In this document: piece after piece, positions 1 to 11,533 of the stretch
How positions within the stretch are numbered: position 1 is the first letter of the stretch
How the letters are laid out: the number at the start of each line of letters is the position of its first letter
Assembly: GCA_965603825.1 (NCBI GenBank)
Contig: CBFDEM010000022.1
Span: 124,001 to 188,000 of the forward strand
Source of the DNA: Blepharisma stoltei ATCC 30299
Taxonomy: Eukaryota; Protista; Ciliophora
Direction: 5' to 3'
Length of the DNA: 64,000 nucleotides
Notes under the pieces: generated by a model
The model's database searches: none
Seen by the model: the letters and a program-made list of their open reading frames with translations, nothing else
What the model was told of the DNA's origin: nothing
Made by a program: the position numbers and the translations under genes

Positions 1-224
1 GTAAAAGTTTTATCACAACAGTTGCAGTGGACGTTGAAATTGAGTTCTGCCGCAATTTCATCAGATTCTCTCTTTTTCTCTTCAAAAACTTCTTTAGAGA
101 CTGGGTCTAATGAGACTAATTTACGCTTGAGGTTGTAGGTATGAAAATCTGAGCGATAATGCTCACGGCAGTCTTCTTGGGTGTTTAAAGTAGTTCGGCA
201 GGCTGTACAAGTCACTCCGTCCAT
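1..224 (-). CDS. REI1: REI1/ZNF622-like pre-60S zinc-finger protein, 5' part (runs off window start)
   Basis: Manual translation from ATG at 224: MDGVTCTACRTTLNTQEDCREHYRSDFHTYNLKRKLVSLDPVSKEVFEEK...CNCCDKTF, the CxxC..HYxSDxHxYNLKRK signature of Rei1/ZNF622. Absent from the ORF track. Confidence 0.85.
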   Translation of the reverse strand, partial: MDGVTCTACRTTLNTQEDCREHYRSDFHTYNLKRKLVSLDPVSKEVFEEKKRESDEIAAELNFNVHCNCCDKTF

Positions 225-459
225 ATCAGAAAAATTAATATGAAAAATAAATAAGCGAACCAAATAGATTTTTGTGCAATAATTGAATATTGCCACAATA
301 TATAGCATTTTAAAGAAAACAAAGCTTAATTTATATTAAATTAAAATTAATTTCTTGGATTCTATGATAGCTATATGAGCCTTTTAAGCAAATAATTAGT
401 GCAGCGAGGTGTAGTAGCGCTAAGTCTATTTGATATTGAATTAATTTTACCATTTTACT

Positions 460-1746
460 TTAATTTAATTCAGGAGAAGGAACTTTGTTAAGATGTGATG
501 TCTTAATATATAATCCTGAATGTTGTGAGGATCCTTGATCTGATATGCTTAGTCCTGGAAATTCATAAATCGTATAAAACTCATTATATGAATCTGACAT
601 TTGCATTTGCTCATGAATTTCTCCTTCCTCCATATCAACACTTTGCTGCTGTTGCAGTATAGGCGGCTCTTTAGCTTCAGGTCTTGGTGTTGGTGCCACT
701 CTTTCTTTAATTAAATTTGCTAACGGATTAACATTCAGCTCCTTCCCTGTCCCTGCCAACAATCCTTTCAAAATCTGCGTCACATCTACCGGGTTCGTTT
801 TTTTCGGCTTATTTACTTGCTGTTTCGGAGTCGCCGCATTATTGCAAAAAATCCAGTTCATAGATTTTTCCGACCTATTCCACATTTTTGAGTCAGGATG
901 TAGATGTGCCTTGATGATTTCAGTCAAAATTCTTTTATTATTCAAATGCTTGCATACACTTTCTGCTTTCTCAATATTTTTCATCACAATCAGTGTACAA
1001 AAAACACCATTTATCGCCCTTGGCTGCTCAATTCTAATAGCTTGGTATTTCAGCATATTTTTGACATCTTCTACTGTAGCATTTTTCTTGAGTCCACGTA
1101 ATATAACTCCAACCCACCCTGATTCAGGGTCAAGTGCTTTATAAATAAACCATCTCACCCTCATAGGCTTCTGAATCCCTTGTATCCTATGAATAAAAGC
1201 TGCCAGCTGCCCTCGATTTTCTTCTTGGCGCAAAAATTGATAAGCTGTTTGTGCTGCATATAATTTACCGTCATTCAAACTGTTGAACCAAACAATCCCT
1301 GTGTGAGTGAATTTGGGCGCCTTATAAAAGTCCACAAACTGCACCTTTTTTACTTTTAAATTTAAGGACTCGACGGCTCTTTTCAATTCATATGACTTCA
1401 TCTTCTCATCAAGGGGGGTGAGAATCAGTGCAAAAACTGGGGAATTCGACACGAAGTCTTCCTAAATAAAAAGTACAGCGAAGCCTACACACTCAGAATC
1501 AACAATGCAGTCAGCCACTTTTTGTACGGAAGGATAGGACTGCTCGTCATCTGAACCTTCATCACTTGTGGGAGGGTCTAAAATCATGCGGGTTTGAGGG
1601 CCAAATGAAAGGAGGTGGTTGAGGGATGGGGAGTATAAGGATGGCCGGGTTTGTTCTGATTCTAAACGAGCTATGGAATCTCTGGGGTCAACTTGGAGGA
1701 AGTCTTGTCTGGCTTTTTCTAGTGTTGTGTTAAAGTCGTCCATCAT
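460..1746 (-). CDS. Hypothetical protein with RRM-like domain; two exons
   Basis: ORFs 1462-1746 and 460-1452 join in frame after removing the intron at 1462-1476. VILRGL..ATVEDVKNML...TLIVMKNIEKAESVCKHLN has an RRM-like pattern. Confidence 0.6.
1462..1476 (-). other. 15-nt spliceosomal intron
   Basis: Sense gtactttttatttag; GT..AG, A at +10; removes an in-frame TAG and joins two ORFs. Confidence 0.85.
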
Positions 1747-2113
1747 GATTTTGATTTTATAAAATAAATAGCTGGGGACTTCAATTAGAATTGATAATTA
1801 TAGCAGAGCTGGGAGGTAAGTGCCAGGGAATGATATAGTTAAAGTTTTGGTAATAATTCATCTCAGCAATTTTGAATTCATTTGAAGGATATAAATGAAT
1901 GGAGTTAATAAAATGTGAAATATATGCTGAAATACACAAATCCGATGCAATTATAAATCTAACTTAAAAATTGTAAATGTCAATAGAAGTCACTAGTATT
2001 GAATAGCAATAAAAATATTAAATTAATAATAAAAATCGCACTAGGCAATTATTTTTATATATTTTTTCACTTAACTATCAATAGATTTCATAAACTCAGC
2101 CTCTGCTTTAAAA

Positions 2114-2683
2114 ATGTCAGACAAGCTTCTTCAAGAATTTCTAGTCCGCCTAACTCGTACAAGAACTGCAGTTTCCGACACCAAAAAGCAATGCGATTTT
2201 TTAAAAAAAGAAGCCAAAAGGCTTGAGCAAGAGCTAGAATCCTTAGAAAAAAACAAATCCGAGCTACTACAAATAGAAGAAAACCTAAAAGTTCACTATA
2301 TTTCTACCAAAGTCCAGAATGAAGAAGAATTCGAAAAAAACAGTTACGAGCATGAAGAGCTGCTTAAGCTGAGGAAAATCAAAAGATTAAAACAAAGGGA
2401 AAAAGAAAAAGTCCTTAAAGATGTAGAAAGGCTTACTAATGAACTTAATCAATTAGTTAGACAAAGAGAGCAGCTTGAAGGGGTCGCGAAGAGCTTGAAT
2501 AGTAAACTAGACCAAGCTTCTGCAGAAAGAATTGCTGCTGAACAAGAGGCGAAGAGAAATGCTGAAATATTAAGATCGTTGACTGCTGAATTGGCAGTTT
2601 TGAATGCGGAAAAAGATAGCTTAAATAAGGCTGTAGCTAATACGTTTGAAGAAGAGCTGAGATCTGCAAAGCGACATAGATAG
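2114..2683 (+). CDS. Coiled-coil hypothetical protein (189 aa)
   Basis: Continuous E/K/L-rich heptad ORF from ATG to TAG. Confidence 0.7.
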   Translation: MSDKLLQEFLVRLTRTRTAVSDTKKQCDFLKKEAKRLEQELESLEKNKSELLQIEENLKVHYISTKVQNEEEFEKNSYEHEELLKLRKIKRLKQREKEKVLKDVERLTNELNQLVRQREQLEGVAKSLNSKLDQASAERIAAEQEAKRNAEILRSLTAELAVLNAEKDSLNKAVANTFEEELRSAKRHR

Positions 2684-3001
2684 AGATAAAGATTAGAGTT
2701 AATAGAAGTGAATATATTTTATTAATGATTTTTTACTTTTAGAAACTGATTATAGAGAAAAGAGAGTTGCCGTAGATTTGGATAATGATGAGAAAGTTTA
2801 TCAGGCAAAATAGCAAAAATGAATACTGCATAAAGCTAAATCATATGAATATTATGAATTTATTAATAATAATTTATATTAATGTTGGATAAGAAAATTA
2901 AAATAATAAGCATTTGCACCTAAGAAATATTCAGAGTGTTTAATATTATTTAGATGCCAGCTATTTTTTATTTAATAATAAAATAATATTTTAATAATTC
3001 T

Positions 3002-4354
3002 TTATATCTCTCCAGCATCAAGATCATTTATGCTGCTTTCAGGCATATTGCATAAGCTATTATATTCGGTTTCGATAGTTTTCATATCCTCGAATGCCTC
3101 ATTAAACTCATGTTCTTCCATCCCTTCAGAAATATATCAGTAAACATATGCCCTTTTACAATAAAGCAGCTCAAACTTATGGCCAATTCTGTCGAAAACT
3201 TCAGTTATAGATGTATTATTATTGATCATGCTTATTGTTCTTGGAGATTGTCCAAGATGTTTATCAGTAATTGCTGCTATTTTCTTATCATTAATGGCAA
3301 ATTTAGCTCCTGCTGGGCATCAATCAGCGAATTCTACAGTTTTTATTGGTTCTAGATTTGCAATAGCAAAGCTAGCGTCTTCATATGAAGCATCCCCTCG
3401 GTAGTTTAAACTATATGCCAAATATTTCCCGTTTTTTGGGTCACATTTTGCCCATGCATTTTCTACTTGAAAAACTTCTCTAGTCATTTCCATAACAGAA
3501 ATATTTGGACCACATTGGTGATCGGTTGAGATAACTGGTGCATAAGAAGGAAAAAGAAAATGAAAATTTGGGGATGGGACTAAACTTGACGTAAATTCAC
3601 TCAAATTTGCATTAACAGTTCCATTATATCTCATTGATGTAGTCATTGATGAAATTCCAAGAGCTATCAGCCTATTTAGAACTGTATAATTTGGCCTTAC
3701 AACGTTTAATTGTTTTTTGCAAATTTCATAAATAGCTTCATTATCAAGAATAATGGCAGCATCTGAGTCATTTTTTAATGCATGCATAGAGAGGGTAGCA
3801 TTATAAGGCTCAACAACAGCAACAGAGTTTTTTCCTGATGGCCAAATAGAAAAATTAATTTTTGTTTTTTGGCTATATTCTTGTGAAAGCCTTTCAAGTA
3901 TCAGAGATCCAAGCCCTGACCCAGTCCCACCTCCTAGAGAATGGTAAATTAAAAATCCTTGTAGCTCTTCACAATCTTCAGCAATTTTTCTTATAACTTC
4001 AAGACTTGGGTCAATTATATTTCTGCCAATGCTAGAATGTCCTCTGCCAAAATTATTCGAAGCATCCTCTTTGCCATAAATGAACCGGTTAGGCTGAAAT
4101 AGCTTGCGATTTGGCCCATACATAGTCTCATAAATGATTAAAGGTTCTAAATCCACAAAAGCTGCTCTTGCAAGTCAATTGCCTTCTTTAGTTTCTGAAT
4201 AAAAGGCATTGAGGCATTCATCGTTAGAAATTGATTTATCGGGCGAAATTTGTCCATCAGGTTGAATTTCGTGCTCAAGGCAGAATAATTCTCAGCAGGT
4301 GGTACCAAGCTGGATACCGGCTTGTCCGACGTGAATAGATATTACTTCTCTCAT
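3002..4354 (-). CDS. Divergent alpha-tubulin-like protein (450 aa)
   Basis: [20 protein letters not shown][TGA=W]ELFCLEH, GGGTGSG, VVEPYN, EFAD[W][16 protein letters not shown][W]YISEGMEE; TAA at 3002-3004. Confidence 0.93.
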
Positions 4355-4419
4355 TATAAAATCATATTGGTATATTGTGATCCTTATATTAAGATAGTCA
4401 GTTATCCTTAATTATAAAT

Positions 4420-4590
4420 ATGGGCACTTGCTGCTGCAGAAGAGAGAAAGGGTTCAAAATACCTGAGGAGAATCAAATGAAAATAGATAAAGCAGTCGTG
4501 AAAGAAAACGAACTACAGAAGCCTATTTATTCAGCCAAAACAACTCCTTTTACCTCAGCAAATGAGGAGATATTTCAAGATAATTCTTAA
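4420..4590 (+). CDS. Putative 56-aa N-acylated small protein
   Basis: MGTCCCRREKGFKIPEENQMK...EEIFQDNS*; Gly2 plus Cys cluster is a myristoylation/palmitoylation pattern. Below the ORF-track size cutoff. Confidence 0.55.
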   Translation: MGTCCCRREKGFKIPEENQMKIDKAVVKENELQKPIYSAKTTPFTSANEEIFQDNS

Positions 4591-4696
4591 TAAAATTGTC
4601 ACCTCAAGATCTCCTTCTATCATAATTTTACTATTTCTTAAAATTCAAAACGCCTTTATATTATTATTTATTTAATATTTCCATAAAATTTTTTAT

Positions 4697-5852
4697 TTAC
4701 CATATTACACACTTCTTTTTCTCCTTTTTCTCTTTTTTCTCTTTCTTTTGTTGAAGTCCTACCCTATTCTTGCTCTGCAGTCCTTCTCTTCTATTTGATC
4801 GCTCATTTGCTTTGTGCTTCCTTTCTTCTTTTTCCTTCATATAAAGTTCTTTTTCTTGTAAAGACAGGGCAAGAGCTAAGCTTGCATCCTCCTCTTCAAT
4901 TTTTGCTTTCTTTTTGCTTTCTTCATCTTCATCAATTTTATTTTGATGATCGATGAAATCTGTGATTGCTTGTTTTTCATCGACATTGATAACCTTATCA
5001 GGAGAATTTGAGGCCGAGTTTATGATTTTTTGGAAATAGGAATTGCAGTATTTGTTGTCTCCTGCGATTTTGCTTAATCTTTCCCAAGTGATCTGATCAG
5101 CATCTCTAAACCCTAAATCAGTAGCAAGTATATACACTTTTTTGTTATGCTTGACTAGAGTCGAAAAATGGTTGTTTCTAAACAAAACGCAGATTCTGCC
5201 ATCAGGAATCTCAGTGTTTAGCCTCCTTAGCCCTTCTTCTGTCATCTGGCTTGCAGAATTTTCTAAAAATTCCGCTATAACTCTTCCTTTCCTGACAAAC
5301 TCCGTTTCTTCAGCATCCAGATTTTCCTTATTTTTCAGCTCTTCACATCTTACCAGAACCTCTTGTATTTGATTATACGACATTTTCCCAATTGCTTTCT
5401 CAATTTCGCTATCCTTTTCAACAACCCAGGCATGCACAAGTTGGATTTTCATTAAATCAAACACCTCGATTTCTGTCGTAAACTCAAAGCTATTTATGCT
5501 AAATATTTCTTACTCGTCAAACTTTACATTGACATCGATCCCCTCTTGAAGCTTCGGAATAATTGCAATCGCATCAGACAGATTCGCTTGCAAATTCGAA
5601 TAGTTGGGGTCGTTTTCGTCCTGTCATAATTTTTACAATTCTGTTTAACTCCAGCAATTTGTCGGCTACCAATGTAACGAGGTGCTCATGGGATAAATTT
5701 GAAAAATCCTGATGAATTTTTAATTGGCCGCGCAAGATCAAGACATTTGCGATTGCGAGGAGAGGGCAAGGCCCGTTATTGCTTTGCATGAGGATTTGTA
5801 AGTGTTTTCCTAAAAATTCGATTTCTTTGAGTCAATAGAATTCTTCTTCCAT
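4697..5852 (-). CDS. MINDY-1/2 (FAM63) family deubiquitinase; three exons
   Basis: QSNNGPCPLLAIANVL (catalytic Cys), GIDVNVKF, LVHAWV, LFRNNHFSTL (His), ATDLGF; MIU-like EEEDASLALALSLQEKE; C-terminal CVIW. Needs introns 5621-5636 and 5499-5513 and TGA=Trp at codon 7. Confidence 0.9.
5499..5513 (-). other. 15-nt spliceosomal intron
   Basis: Sense gtaagaaatatttag; removal restores VNVKFDDINSFEFT. Confidence 0.85.
5621..5636 (-). other. 16-nt spliceosomal intron
   Basis: Sense gtaaaaattatgacag; removal corrects the frame between the MINDY ORF pieces. Confidence 0.85.
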
Positions 5853-5875
5853 TTTATTAACTTAATAAGCTATAT

Positions 5876-8074
5876 TTATACCATCCAGGCGTCGTCCTGT
5901 GAGTTTGTTTTTGGGATGCCATAAGTGCTCCCTCGTCGGATTGGGTTGTATTTGTTGACTAATGACTGGTAGTCAGAATCAGGCTCCACTGCACAATGGG
6001 ATAGAATTCTGTGTTTGTTGGCCATGAATTCCCAAGTAATTTGGTTTGATTTTAGCTGCTCTATGCAGTTTTCGTCAATTGAAGAAGAGATGAGATAGCT
6101 GTTTAGAGCTTCGTATAGAGGTAAAGCGATATTTTTGATAAAGCCAGCTTGGGATTTTGCAATATCAGTGGTATCTCGATCACAAAACATTGAAATTGGC
6201 TGTTTTAGTGCTTTTTCTATGTCGCCTTGGTTAAAAAACTCATTGACAACGAGAACAGTCCACCTTTCATGCAGCTCTCTCACTTTAGCAGCGTGGCCAA
6301 TATCAGCTGCTTTTATTGCCATTCTGAGCACTTCAAGTCTGTTTTCTGCAGTTTCTAGAGGTCTTGAGCTATTATTCATAAGTTTCGCTCTGAACTGTCC
6401 AAGTAAATCAAAATGCCGCCCCATATCAGTCGCTAATATCATTTCTACAATAAATTTCCTTGCAGTTGCCCACTGGTCCTTATCCAAAGTTCCTAATATA
6501 TTATACTCAAGGTTTTGCATAATTTGAAAAGTCGTTGAACAATGCATGCTTTCCAGTACTGAAACGTCATTATATCTGATCGCCAGCTCATCTTTTGTAT
6601 TTATCAAAAATCTATTATTAAAGCCTGGATGAGCTACATCATGACCTAAATTGGCAATTATTGAAGCAAGGACTTCAATATCTAATAATGCATCTGCTAA
6701 GCATGATTTGTTAGTTAAATACAAAAAGGACGCTAACACGTCAGCAGCGTGGGTCGAGTTATGATATGGGTTATCTTTGTATAGTGATTCTAATTTTTCA
6801 AAAAAATCGAAATAAATTTTTTCTTGGATATTAAATACTTCATCTAGTCTATATTTTTTAATACAATATTTTCCCGTTATTAGTAGAGGATATTTTTCAG
6901 TACATTCTTTCAAGAAAAATGTATCAAAATTTCAGTTTTTCCCAATTTGGCGTAACACTCCGGTTAGCTCGTCAACATCATAAGGCTTAATTTTAAGGAG
7001 TTCAGATGTCTTGCGGACTCGAATTTTGCTGGAAGTTTTTGAAATAATGTGGTTTTGGTCGCTTCAAGATTGTTTAATGTATTCTCTGTCGTCTTCGTCC
7101 ATATTTTTAGTAATCATTTCTATATCGGTGGAATATATGTTTCTTTTTGACCTAATCATTCTCGAAATTTTATTTAATAGTTCTAGAACTCTCTTCAACC
7201 TGATTTTGTTATTTGCAGATGCTTTATTTATCAAATTCTCTACTAATTTCATTGACTCAATCAGTCAGCTTGTGACTTCTTCGATTTCTGTCTTTGGAGC
7301 TTCATTTTCGTTGTTATTTTTTTCAATTATGGTATCGCTTTGAATCATTTGGAACTGATACCTTCAGGTTATCTCTGTGTGGTAAAATTTTGACGTTTCA
7401 TAAATTATCTGAAATAAATAAATCGCAAGCTCTAATAGTGTCGTAATAAGTGACTGCTTGGAAAGCAAATGCGAAATTAAATAGATTATAGCTAAACAAA
7501 TGTTTGTAATACCAAATTCAAAATAATTCGTATATAATACAAATTTTGATATCGCTAATATCACTAATAGTCCGGGTAAGCTTGAAATATATACGTCTCC
7601 GCCACTTCCAAAAATTGCTTCCTGCACAGGAGGGTTATTAATTATTAGGAATACTCCAAAGGAGAAGTAGTTAAATTGTAAAATATCAACACGAAATTTC
7701 CGGAAAATGTTAGTGTAAAAGGACAAACAAAAAATATTGACACTCAAAATCAGGATCAAACCCATAGAGATCACCTGGAACTCAAAAATTTTTTTATCTA
7801 AGCTTTTGTTGGTGTACACGAGGATGTACATCAAAATATAAGCCAGCATTGTCCCAAAATAGCTTAAAAAGAAGTTTTTGCTTCGTGAGTAGCTATTGCT
7901 GTGAAATTTCTTATAGTGAAATAAAATTGATTCTTTGTAGTCTCTTTCAACACTTTTGTTCTTAAATTTTAACGTAATTCTGTAGAAGTCTTTTAAGCCG
8001 CTCTCTATGTTTAGAGATGAGGATAAAGGGTCTGCGGTTAAAATTTGTGTAGGATGAGTGTGATCTTTGGACAT
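5876..8074 (-). CDS. Class I cyclic-nucleotide phosphodiesterase with N-terminal multi-pass membrane region (732 aa)
   Basis: Three same-frame ORFs separated only by TGA; KN[W]NFD, YHNSTHAADV, HDVAHPG, LESMHC, ILATDM, AADIGH, EFFNQGD; several hydrophobic segments in the N-terminal third. Confidence 0.92.
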
Positions 8075-8790
8075 TTATTTATTAAAGAAAGTATGATTTC
8101 ACTAACAATTGTTATCCAGAGAAATTTTAAAGTTGAAATTAAAATATTGAATAGATGATTATTTATAAGGAGAATAAAGGAAATGGGGAAATTTTTTTGG
8201 TATAGATAATTGGGTTAAATTAGTTTTAGCCTTTTTTAAGAGTCTCTTTTAATTCAACCATAGTGGTTCATTTAATCAGTGATCATAGATTTAATACCAA
8301 AATTTGTTGAAATAATGAAAGTTGAATTAGAAGCAAAACTTTAGGAGCCAATATGAAAGTAAATGAAAGAGATTTTGATTAAATTTTTTTAATTATTGCT
8401 AAGTGCTAACATCCGATGATTTTTATGATGAATTATATGTGGAGAAAAGATGCCAACATGGAAAAGTCTAATTAACTGATAATTTAAATAGACCCATTGA
8501 TTAACCCCTATTGACTTTCGATATCATTTCTTCGTTTATCTCGTTTTCAAAATCTAAGCATTGATAATGCTTTCCAGCTCAAGCGTAACTTTCTTTTTCA
8601 CACACATTTAGTCTCTAATCCAGACAATTTCACTCTTTTTGATGATTTATATTTTTTGTCAAAATAATAACTTCAAAATATGGAGCATCTATTTTGAAAA
8701 TTTTGATTGATAGTTTTTAGAAAGTCAAATTTATTATAAAAATTCATATTTTACTTTTTGAAGTTTGGTGTATATAAATTTGACTTAAAT

Positions 8791-11435
8791 TTAAGATCCG
8801 AAATAGTCAGCAGCTTTATCAGAATAAGCATCTTGATAGCTATTTTTATAAATCTGCACATTATTTGAAGCTTTCTGATAAAAATGGCTAGCCTGAACTG
8901 AAACAACTTGAGCTCTTCCACCTTTATCCCAATTATTCTTCGAAGAAGCTCTTTTTGAAGCATCTTCAAGATCGTGTATCAAAGCTTGAACAATTACATG
9001 ATCTTTTATTCACAAAGCCCTAAACTCTTCTGCCGCTTCGAGTGCAACGCTGCTGGCTTGTTTATAATAACCCTTATCAGCAAGGCTTATAACATCGCGA
9101 AGGATTTCTGCACCTTTGCATCTATAATAATTCGCCAAAACATCTCCATTAGCTTCATTCTTTTTATTTCCATTGCCTTCGCTTGCTACTAAAATGTTTA
9201 AATCTATTTCAGTAGTTTTATTTTCACCTGATTTATTTATACTTACCTTGACGGGGGTTATAATTTCATTACTTTTCCTTTCCCCAGTATATGGTGGGAA
9301 ATTTAGCACAAAAACCAAGTCTTTGTTGTCATCACCTAAAAGAAGGGGTACTGTATAGTGACTTTCTCCATTTTCTGAATATACCTTAGAAATGCTAAAA
9401 GGTATGCTGCAGGGTTGAGGAATTAATTCAACTTCAAGATTGTCAGAAGTTGATGTAGCCAAATCACCTAAGCAAGTTGCAAATGCTTCTGCTATATCTT
9501 TAGGATTTTCTATATAATAGAAATTGCCATTGTTGAGACGAGAAATTTCTTTCATCATTTTTGAGTCATGATCTGCACCATAGCCAAATGTATGAATGAA
9601 GTATGGCCCTTTTATCATTGATTTAACATTATAAGAAAATTGTATTACTTTCTCTGGGTTTAGAGAATTATCTTGACCATCACTCAGCAATAAAATGGTT
9701 GTAGCTCTGTTAAACATTTCACGTGCGCTTACAATTGATAAACTTTTTTCAAGCCCAGAAGAAATATTTGTCCCACTGCCACTAGTAGCCATTTGTTTTA
9801 TCTTATTTGCTATACTAATTTTTCCTTTTTCATTGGTTTCAGTTAAATCAATCACTATGTCCGCTTTGGATTCAAAAGCAACAATGCTAAGCCTATCAGA
9901 GTCATTCAAAAGAGTAAGCAAAAAATCTAATGTTTTTTTGACTGAAACAAATTTCCCCTGCTCATTCATACTTGGACTTTTATCTACAATACAAATAATG
10001 TCAAGTTTTTTCCTATCATTTTTGACATCTACAACTTTTGGGTTCATGCCTTTTAATAAAATCATGCATGGGATTTCTTGCTCTACATCCTTTAATTCCA
10101 AATAGTTATATAAAAAGTCAGTTGATATTTCAACTGAAGTTAAATTTTGACCCTCAGTCTCAGTTACTGTGAAGCTCTCACTTCAGTTATTTTGTTTTTA
10201 AAGCATGATGTAGATGGAATAAGAAATATTTTGCAGCTTACCCATTGGGATGCTTGAAAATAATGACTCATAATGAAATCGTTTCTTTTGAAAATTGCAT
10301 TAAAAATTCCAAAAGTGCATAGATATAGACTTTTACATTCATTTGAAAATTCATCACTGTAAATCCAAGAGCTGATGTTTGTAACTGAATGAATTATGAC
10401 CACACAAGCAATAGCCTTAACAAGCCAAACATTTACTAATCTAATGATTATGGTTGCCGCACTTTGAAAAGAGCAGGTATAAAGACCGACTAAGACAAAT
10501 AGATTGAAACATACTGGGTGCACGTTTATACCAAGCATTATAATTGTTAGGCAGCCTGCAGATTGCCACATATCAAAAATTCTGAAAATTGATGTACTCT
10601 TAACAATGCATCTTCATATTCTTTGAAAAATTGAATGCTCCGGGTTCCGTTCGCGCCATTTTCTAAGAATAATTGCACAGCCATGTTTGATAGAGATAAA
10701 TACCACTATAACAGTACATAGCTCGAAAAGGATAATGAGAGATCCTCTAGCTAAAATACTAATAAAAATACAAAAACCCTGAAAATCGAACTTATAGCTT
10801 GAAATCACAAAAATCTCAAATAGTTGTATAAAAACAAAAGAAAATGTAAATAAGAAAGTCAAGAACTTTCTGAAAGCAAAAATAATTTTTATTGCATTTT
10901 GATGCACAAAGCATATATCTAAAATCAAAATGCAATAGAAAAATTTATTGACAGAAAACCCGAGCCATAATATTGTTAAATAGACAATGCAATGCCAAAA
11001 TTCGGTTATCCTGACAATATGCTTGATGGTGATACATAATTGCTGTAAAAAACTTATGCGTATCACTGAGCCTGAAGTGTCTTGTTGGGAAGATTGAGCT
11101 CTTTGCCAAAATGTAATGATTACGGAAGGACACCTTAGAATCAAAAACATTAAAAGAATTGAAATGCAGCACCAAATGTTAATTTTTCCAATTCAATAAA
11201 TGAAATAAGCGATTTGCTCCTTTTGAAAATCTCAATTTTGATAAATAGAAGTGGACAAAAAGCTTATATTGGGAAAAATCTCAAAGTCTAAACAAACTGA
11301 TAAAATGACCATGAAATTCACTACAAGTGCAAAGCACAATGATAGGGATCTTCACATTTTTATGTCAGCTGGAAGTATTTCATTGCGTAATGGTTCCCTC
11401 TCATTGGGCATATCAAGTTGCTCTTGACTTGACAT
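8791..11435 (-). pseudogene. Frameshifted or split paralog of the channel-like TM + vWA gene
   Basis: Colinear with 12464-15100, but 5 extra nt near 10180 give TAA at 10164-10166 at the TM/vWA junction. Both halves are otherwise open with TGA=Trp. Confidence 0.7.
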
Positions 11436-11533
11436 TTTAATTTTATAAATCTATAAAATAAATTGGCCTAATAAAATAGAAAATTTGATTAAATTCAGAT
11501 TATGTAGAATTATTTCGATTTAAAATATTGAGA

